From an uncultured Woeseiaceae bacterium (GTDB taxonomy: Bacteria; Pseudomonadota; Gammaproteobacteria; Steroidobacterales; Woeseiaceae), in the NCBI GenBank assembly GCA_964421805.1, contig CAYQZN010000001.1:1-46288 (forward strand): DNA of 46,288 bases. Reading direction: 5' to 3'. Shown piece by piece: positions 40,571 to 46,288 of this stretch. The translations under genes were made by a program, and so were the position numbers. The notes under the pieces are model-generated. The model was not told the origin of the DNA and ran no database searches. It saw nothing but the letters and a program-made list of their open reading frames with translations. Positions within the stretch are counted from its first letter, which is position 1. Each line of letters opens with the position of its first letter.

Positions 40571-42035
40571 CAGGATGCGCAGTCAACCACATGGCGCGAA
40601 CATGGCCCCCGGGACGGCCGCCGCAACGCTGCTGGCCGCGACATTGGGCACCATGCTGCTCGCCGGTTGCGACAGCACCGAGCAGGTGGCCGGCGTCGAC
40701 CGCGGCGGTAGCCCGGTCGCGGTGGTAACGAAGGGCGAGATCACCGGCTTCGGCAGCGTCATCGTGAATGGCGTCCGCTACGAGACCGGCGATGCCGAGA
40801 TCGTGATCGACGGCGAACCGGGCGCCGAGGCCGGGCTGTCGGTGGGCGCGGTGGTGACGCTTCGCGGCGAACGAATACCGGGCGCGGACACGGGCAGCGC
40901 CAGCCGCATCGAATTCGACGACAGCGTCGAGGGGCCGGTGGATGCCGTCGACGCGGACGCCGGCACCGCGGTCGTGCTCGGCCGCACGGTGCACGTGTCC
41001 ATCGACACGCTGTTCGAAGGCAACGGTGCGGTCGCCGGCCTCGCTGGCCTCGCCGCAGGGGATGCGGTGGAAGTGAGCGGATTCGACCGCGCCGACGGCA
41101 GCGTCGAGGCCACCCTGATACGGCTGAAGGCCGCGCCCGACCGCCTGGAGCTGACCGGCGTTGCCGCTCAGGTGGACACGGCCGCGCAGCGGTTGCGCGT
41201 CGGCGGCGCACTCGTCGATTACGGCACCGCCATGCTCGACGGCTTCCCCGACGGCGCCCCCGCCAACGGTGACCGGGTGGAAGCACGCGGCAGCGAGCGG
41301 GCCGCCGACGGCACGCTGATCGCCGAGACACTGGGCTTCAGGGACCAGGGCGTGGACGCGGCCGCGGAAGGCGAGGAGGCCAAAGTCGAGGGCTTGATCA
41401 CGCGCTTCAGCTCGGCCGCGGACTTCGACGTGGACGGCCAACCCGTCACCACCGACGACGGGACGGTCTTCGCGGGCGGCAACGCTTCCATGCTCGGAAC
41501 GGATGTGCGCGTCGAGGTCGAAGGCACCGTGGCGGACACGGGTGCCATCCTCGCCGAGCGCGTCAGATTCGAGGCCCCCAGCCAGGCACGGCTGGAAGGC
41601 GCAGCGGACGAGATCGACCTCGATGCGGGCACACTGGCGGCAGCCGGAGTCACGATTCTCACCGACGCGAAGACCCGCTTCCGCGACGCCGGCAGTCAGC
41701 GGCAGCGGCCGTTCGCCCTGGCCGACATCGACATCGGCGACCGCGTGGAGGCGGCGGGCACCGAGAGCGGCGATGCACTCATGGCGCGCAGCGTCACGCG
41801 GACGGACGCCGACGCGGGCGTCGTCCTGCGTGCCCGTGCGAGAGACGTCGGCGAACCCGGCTTCGTCATGCTCGGCGTCACCGTCATGACCGACGGCGCC
41901 ACGGTGTTCGAGGAAGGCGGGCAGCCGATCGACGCCGCCGCATTCTTCGCGGCCGCGGAAGGCCGCGAGGTCGAGGTGGAGGGTACGCTGAACGGGAATA
42001 TCCGCGCCGCGCGCGTGCGCCTGCTGGAAGACTGA
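40563..42035 (+). CDS. lipoprotein with about six repeated DUF5666-like beta domains
   Basis: Lipobox LLAG-C; GEITGFGSVIVNGVRY; repeated units (VEGPV..VLGRTV..GDAVEVSG; VEGLI..VDGQPV..VEVEG). Start may be 40602. Confidence 0.8.
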   Translation: MSDRMRSQPHGANMAPGTAAATLLAATLGTMLLAGCDSTEQVAGVDRGGSPVAVVTKGEITGFGSVIVNGVRYETGDAEIVIDGEPGAEAGLSVGAVVTLRGERIPGADTGSASRIEFDDSVEGPVDAVDADAGTAVVLGRTVHVSIDTLFEGNGAVAGLAGLAAGDAVEVSGFDRADGSVEATLIRLKAAPDRLELTGVAAQVDTAAQRLRVGGALVDYGTAMLDGFPDGAPANGDRVEARGSERAADGTLIAETLGFRDQGVDAAAEGEEAKVEGLITRFSSAADFDVDGQPVTTDDGTVFAGGNASMLGTDVRVEVEGTVADTGAILAERVRFEAPSQARLEGAADEIDLDAGTLAAAGVTILTDAKTRFRDAGSQRQRPFALADIDIGDRVEAAGTESGDALMARSVTRTDADAGVVLRARARDVGEPGFVMLGVTVMTDGATVFEEGGQPIDAAAFFAAAEGREVEVEGTLNGNIRAARVRLLED

Positions 42036-42066
42036 ACGGGCCGCAAGACAGGCCACGGGAGCGAGC

Positions 42067-43062
42067 ATGCATCTGCCGAAGACGATGACCGCCGTCGACA
42101 TCACGGAGCCGGGCGGCCCGGAGGTCCTGCGGGCCGTCGAAAGGCCGGTACCGCAACCGCGGCCGGGGGAGGTACTGATCCGGGTGCGCGCTGCCGGCGT
42201 CAATCGCCCCGACTGCCTGCAGCGCCAGGGCCTGTATCCGGTGCCCGCCGATGCCGATCCCCTGCCCGGCCTCGAAGTCGCGGGCGAGGTGGTCGCCAGC
42301 GCCGAGGGCGCGGGCCGCTGGCGCCCGGGCGACCGGGTCTGCGCGCTGGTGCACGGCGGCGGCTACGCCGAATACTGCCGGGTGCCGGCAGATCACTGCC
42401 TGCCCGTGCCGGAAGGGATGACACTGCCCGCGGCAGCCTCGCTGCCGGAGACCTATTTCACGGTCTGGTACAACGTCTTCACGCGCGCCGCCCTGGCTGA
42501 GGGCGAGTGGCTGCTCGTCCACGGCGGCTCCAGCGGCATCGGCAGCGCCGCCATCCAGATGGCGAAGGCCCGCGGCGCGAGTGTCGTCGTCACGGCGGGG
42601 ACCGCGGCGAAGTGCGAGTACTGCCGCGAGCTGGGCGCCGACCTCGCCCTCAACTATCGCGAGAGCGACTGGGTGGCGGAGACGAAGGAGATCACCGGCG
42701 GGAGCGGCGTCGACGTCGTGCTGGACATGGTGGCCGGACCCTACGTCGACCGCAACCTGGACGTGCTCGCCTACGACGGCCGCTACGCACTGATCGCCTT
42801 CCTGCTGGGGCCGAAGGCGGAGGCCAACTTCGCCCACGTGCTGCGCAAGCGGCTGACCATCACGGGCTCCGCATTGCGTCCGCAGACGGTCGAGGAGAAA
42901 GCGGCCATCGCCGCCGGTCTGGAGCGCGGCATCTGGCCGCTGCTGGAAGCCGGGCGCATCCGGCCGACGGTCTACGCGACCTTTCCGCTCATCGAGGCGC
43001 CGCGTGCCCACGCGCTGATGGAAGCCGGCGAGCACATGGGCAAGATCGTGCTGGAGACCTGA
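42067..43062 (+). CDS. NAD(P)H-quinone oxidoreductase, PIG3/zeta-crystallin family
   Basis: AGVNRPD..QRQGLYP, PGLEVAG, GGGYAEY, HGGSSGIG, HMGKIVL. Confidence 0.93.
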   Translation: MHLPKTMTAVDITEPGGPEVLRAVERPVPQPRPGEVLIRVRAAGVNRPDCLQRQGLYPVPADADPLPGLEVAGEVVASAEGAGRWRPGDRVCALVHGGGYAEYCRVPADHCLPVPEGMTLPAAASLPETYFTVWYNVFTRAALAEGEWLLVHGGSSGIGSAAIQMAKARGASVVVTAGTAAKCEYCRELGADLALNYRESDWVAETKEITGGSGVDVVLDMVAGPYVDRNLDVLAYDGRYALIAFLLGPKAEANFAHVLRKRLTITGSALRPQTVEEKAAIAAGLERGIWPLLEAGRIRPTVYATFPLIEAPRAHALMEAGEHMGKIVLET

Positions 43063-43839
43063 TTACAGATTGCCCATGGTCAGGCGCGAGATCGCCCGCG
43101 TGAGACCACGGGGCAGGAAGCGCAGCTGGAACAGCGAGATCTGGGTGGCGACGCCGGGGACCGCGATCACGTCACCCCGCATCATCGCGCGGTAGCCGTA
43201 ACGCGCCACCTCATCCGGCGCGGACGCCACGGCGTCGAACATCTGCCGATTGGTCATGCCGGCCGCATCCACGAAACCGGTGGCGACGGGGCCCGGGCAG
43301 AGCACCGTCACGGTCACGCCCGTGCCGGTCAGCTCCGCCGCGATCGCCTCGCTGAACGACAGCACGAACGCCTTCGTGGCGAAGTAGGTGGCGAAGTTCG
43401 GGCCCGGCAGGAAGCCCGCCACCGAGCCGACGTTGAGGATGCGCCCGCTGCCCCGCTCCACCATCGCCGGCAGGAATCCGTGCGCGAGCGCCGCCAGCGC
43501 CGTCACGTTCAGGTTGATCATGTCCCGGTCCCGGGCCCAGTCCCGCTCGTGGAAGCGGCCCTGCCCGCCGAAGCCCGCGTTGTTGATCAGGATGTCCGGC
43601 ACGAGACCCTCGGCCAGCAGTTCGTCGGCCAGCCCCTCCGCCGCGCCGGGCACGGCCAGGTCGCGTCCCACGACACGCACGTTCACCTCGTGAGCGTCGA
43701 TGAGCTCGGCAGCGAGTTCCGCCAGCCGGTCCTCGCTGCGCGCGACCAGCAACAGATCGCCGCCCTTCCCGGCATGGATACGCGCGAGCTGCTCGCCGAT
43801 ACCCCCCGATGCACCGGTGATCAATGCCAGGTTTTCCAT
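43063..43839 (-). CDS. short-chain dehydrogenase/reductase
   Basis: TGASGGIG, NNAGFG, YFATK (YxxxK), LCPGP. Confidence 0.93.
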   Translation of the reverse strand: MENLALITGASGGIGEQLARIHAGKGGDLLLVARSEDRLAELAAELIDAHEVNVRVVGRDLAVPGAAEGLADELLAEGLVPDILINNAGFGGQGRFHERDWARDRDMINLNVTALAALAHGFLPAMVERGSGRILNVGSVAGFLPGPNFATYFATKAFVLSFSEAIAAELTGTGVTVTVLCPGPVATGFVDAAGMTNRQMFDAVASAPDEVARYGYRAMMRGDVIAVPGVATQISLFQLRFLPRGLTRAISRLTMGNL

Positions 43840-44097
43840 GGCTGCTCCTTTCCCGGCTTCCGCCGTCTGCCGCGCGCAAAGCCGCGCCGATGTCCGCTAA
43901 AGTAAAGGCGTGGCAAGCTCCGGTAAAGCATCCGGTCGCGAGTAGCTCGCACACGCCCTGGCCCGGATACTCAACGGCGGCGCCGGCCGGTCCGATTCCA
44001 TCCCGATCGCCCGGCAGCGGATGCTCGCGTTTTCCCCGGCCGCGGGTAAGGCCTTAGAATGCCGCATTGCCCGGCGCGGCTGGCGGAGGCGGAACAG

Positions 44098-44691
44098 GTG
44101 CTGAACGACACGGCGATGGTCCCTGCGATTGTTGTGGTGGTCCTGCTGCTGACGGCGGGGCTGGTCGTCTGGCTGCTGCGCCGCTCCGGCGAGAAGGCCA
44201 GCGGTCGGCTGGTGCGCGGCCGCCGCATCCCCGAGTTCACCGTGCAGACCGGGGACGGCGAGGCGGCGGGCCCGTCGGATCTGCGCGGACTGCCGGCCGT
44301 ACTGATCTTCCTGCGCGGCAATTGGTGCCCGTTCTGCTCCGCCCAGGTCGAGGACCTGACCCGTCACTATCGGCAGATCAACGAACTCGGCGCCCGGTTG
44401 ATCCTGGTCGTGCCGAAGCCGCAGCAAACGACACGGCGTGTGGCCGATCTGTTCGGCGTGGACTTCACCTTCTGGATGGATCCGGATCTTACCGCGGCGC
44501 GCGCGCTCGGCATCCTGCACCCAGGAGGGGTGCCGGCCGATTACCGCGACGACTACGGCTCGGACACGCTGCGGCCGGTCTCGGTGGTGATCGACAGCGA
44601 AGGCATCATTCGCTACGCCAACCGCTCGAAGGACGTCCGCGAGCGCCCGGACCCGGCCGAGTTCGTGAAGGTGCTCGAACGCCTGCGCTAG
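44098..44691 (+). CDS. membrane-anchored peroxiredoxin-like (AhpC/TSA) redoxin
   Basis: N-terminal TM, FLRGNWCPFC, VIDSEGIIRY, RERPDP; GTG after GGAGG (alternative ATG 44116). Confidence 0.85.
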   Translation: MLNDTAMVPAIVVVVLLLTAGLVVWLLRRSGEKASGRLVRGRRIPEFTVQTGDGEAAGPSDLRGLPAVLIFLRGNWCPFCSAQVEDLTRHYRQINELGARLILVVPKPQQTTRRVADLFGVDFTFWMDPDLTAARALGILHPGGVPADYRDDYGSDTLRPVSVVIDSEGIIRYANRSKDVRERPDPAEFVKVLERLR

Positions 44692-44726
44692 CCGGCAGGA
44701 TACGCGCTGCCCATTTCCCGCCTGCG

Positions 44727-44755
44727 AAAAGAAAACGCCCCGCTGGGGGGCGTTT
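44727..44755 (-). terminator. intrinsic terminator after TonB-dependent receptor (possibly bidirectional)
   Basis: AAACGCCCC-N5-GGGGCGTTT with AAAAGAAAA on the + side, giving a U-tract on the minus strand. Confidence 0.75.
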
Positions 44756-44792
44756 CCCGGAATGCGCCGGCGAGTACCGGCGGGCACGCAGC

Positions 44793-46288
44793 TCAGCGGG
44801 CGCCGAAGTTCCAGCGGCCGCGCACCTGCCAGGTCATCGGCGGCGTCCAGTAGTTGGTAAAGAGGTTCGAGGTGACGTACTCCTCGTCCGAGCAGTTGTT
44901 GCACTCGGCGGTCACGGACCACACGCCCCCGTCGTCCACCAGCGACACTCCCAGGTTGACGATGACCTCCGTGTCGTTCTCGCCCAGCTGGCGGGTCCCG
45001 ACCACGTTCGGCCCGATGAAGCGGGACGACAGATTCGGCTGCAGCGAGGCACCGAACGCTTCGACGGGGAAGTTGAGGAAGGCGCCGAGCGTCAGCGTCC
45101 AGTCGGGCGAGCGCTTCGGATCGGCGACGTTGCAGTTGCCGTCGAGCGCCGCGAAGTCCGTGTTGGGCACGGTGCACGCAGCGATCTGATCGGAGATGTC
45201 GACGTATTCAGCGTCCTGCAGCCCCAGGGAGACGAACAGGTTCAGCCAGTCCGTCGGCACGGCGTTCACTTCCAGCTCGAACCCGGTCACCTCCAGCCCG
45301 CCGGCATTGGTGGTCAGGAAGTTCCCCGACGGCGTCGCCGAGGTGGTCTGCAGGTCCTCGAGATCCGTGTAGAAGAGCGTGCCGTTGGCGCGCACCAGGT
45401 TATCGAACATGTCGGCGCGGAAACCGAGTTCGTAGGCCCAGAGCTTCTCCGGCCCGAACGGCTCCATGGTCGCCGCCAGCGCCTCACGGGCGTTCCAGCC
45501 GCCGGACTTGAAGCCCCGGGTGGCCGAGGCGTAGACCATCAGGTCGTCGGAGTAGTCGTACTTCAACGCGATGCGCGGCGTGACGATGGACTCCTCCTGC
45601 TCCACCGGAATGCCGGCGGCGATCAGGTTCGCGGTCTCCAGCGTAATGGCGCCCGGGATGACACCACGGGCGCCGAGGTTGTCCGTGATCTCGATCTCCT
45701 TGGTCTCGTCCGTATAACGGGCGCCGACGGTCAGCGTCCACTTGTCCGATAGCGCATAGTCGCCCTGGGCGTAGACGGCCCAGCTGTCGGTGAAGTTCTC
45801 CATCACCCGGTCCGCCAGCACGAACGAGCCGAGCAGCCAGTCCGCGAAGTCCGTCTCGTTGTCCTCGTTCAGGTAGAACACGCCGGAGACGAAGTCGAGC
45901 CTGTCGTCGAAATAACGGGCCGACCATTTGACCTCGGCCGTGAACTGCTCGTGCACGCCGTTGTTGTCGATCCAGAAGAAGTCGTCATTGTCTCCCGGCG
46001 CATTCGGGAAGTTCAGGAAGAAGTCCTGCTCCAGGTCGCGCCAGCCCACGATCAACGCGAGCTCTCCCGCGTCGGCGGCATAGGTGAGGTCCGAGATGAT
46101 GCTGGTGGTCTCCGAGACACTGCCGTAGTCGGACTTCTGCTGATAGCTGAGCGGCACGAAACCGCCGGTGATCGAGAAATTCAGAAAATCGAAGGCCGTG
46201 GTCGGTGCACCCAGGGGCGCCACTGAGGTGGACACCCGGTCGTCGCCGACGAGGTCGCCGTGGATGTTGCCGGCCTCGTCGTCGATGT
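44793..46288 (-). CDS. TonB-dependent receptor, 5' part outside window
   Basis: Frame stays open to the window edge; barrel motifs AVYAQGDY, TVGARYTDETK, YASATRGFKSGGWN, YELGFR, aromatic C-terminal strand RGRWNF. Confidence 0.92.
   Translation of the reverse strand, partial: IDDEAGNIHGDLVGDDRVSTSVAPLGAPTTAFDFLNFSITGGFVPLSYQQKSDYGSVSETTSIISDLTYAADAGELALIVGWRDLEQDFFLNFPNAPGDNDDFFWIDNNGVHEQFTAEVKWSARYFDDRLDFVSGVFYLNEDNETDFADWLLGSFVLADRVMENFTDSWAVYAQGDYALSDKWTLTVGARYTDETKEIEITDNLGARGVIPGAITLETANLIAAGIPVEQEESIVTPRIALKYDYSDDLMVYASATRGFKSGGWNAREALAATMEPFGPEKLWAYELGFRADMFDNLVRANGTLFYTDLEDLQTTSATPSGNFLTTNAGGLEVTGFELEVNAVPTDWLNLFVSLGLQDAEYVDISDQIAACTVPNTDFAALDGNCNVADPKRSPDWTLTLGAFLNFPVEAFGASLQPNLSSRFIGPNVVGTRQLGENDTEVIVNLGVSLVDDGGVWSVTAECNNCSDEEYVTSNLFTNYWTPPMTWQVRGRWNFGAR

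Overview
GC-rich (roughly 70% by eye), densely coding bacterial chromosome segment, most likely from a Gammaproteobacterium (inference from gene content). About 42 CDS; no rRNA, tRNA, CRISPR array, transposase or integrase seen. Main elements: (1) a minus-strand envelope gene run (18650 to 6781, plus an OmpA/PdsO-like gene to 5902) encoding two lipoproteins, a pseudokinase-TM-TPR protein, an FHA-like/PEGA/FGE-fold protein, a small acidic peptide ending FPVDI, a MotA/TolQ/ExbB channel, a degenerate Hsp70/actin-fold-FHA protein and two vWA proteins whose N-termini look like ExbD/TolR transmembrane helices with the conserved Asp. This is the best candidate for an uncharacterised ion-driven envelope machine. 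(2) A Spy/CpxP-CpxR-CpxA-like envelope-stress module with a CpxR-box-like site. (3) A beta-oxidation gene run interrupted by a zinc-ribbon Ser/Thr kinase plus a PP2C phosphatase. (4) A PlcP-like/PAP2/GT4 phosphate-starvation lipid-remodelling cluster with Pho-box-like repeats. (5) Housekeeping or metabolic genes (glpK, acetoacetate-CoA ligase, corA, MFS, SDRs), a DUF6502/DUF5666-like pair and a partial TonB-dependent receptor. Family assignments come from motif recognition, not from database searches.
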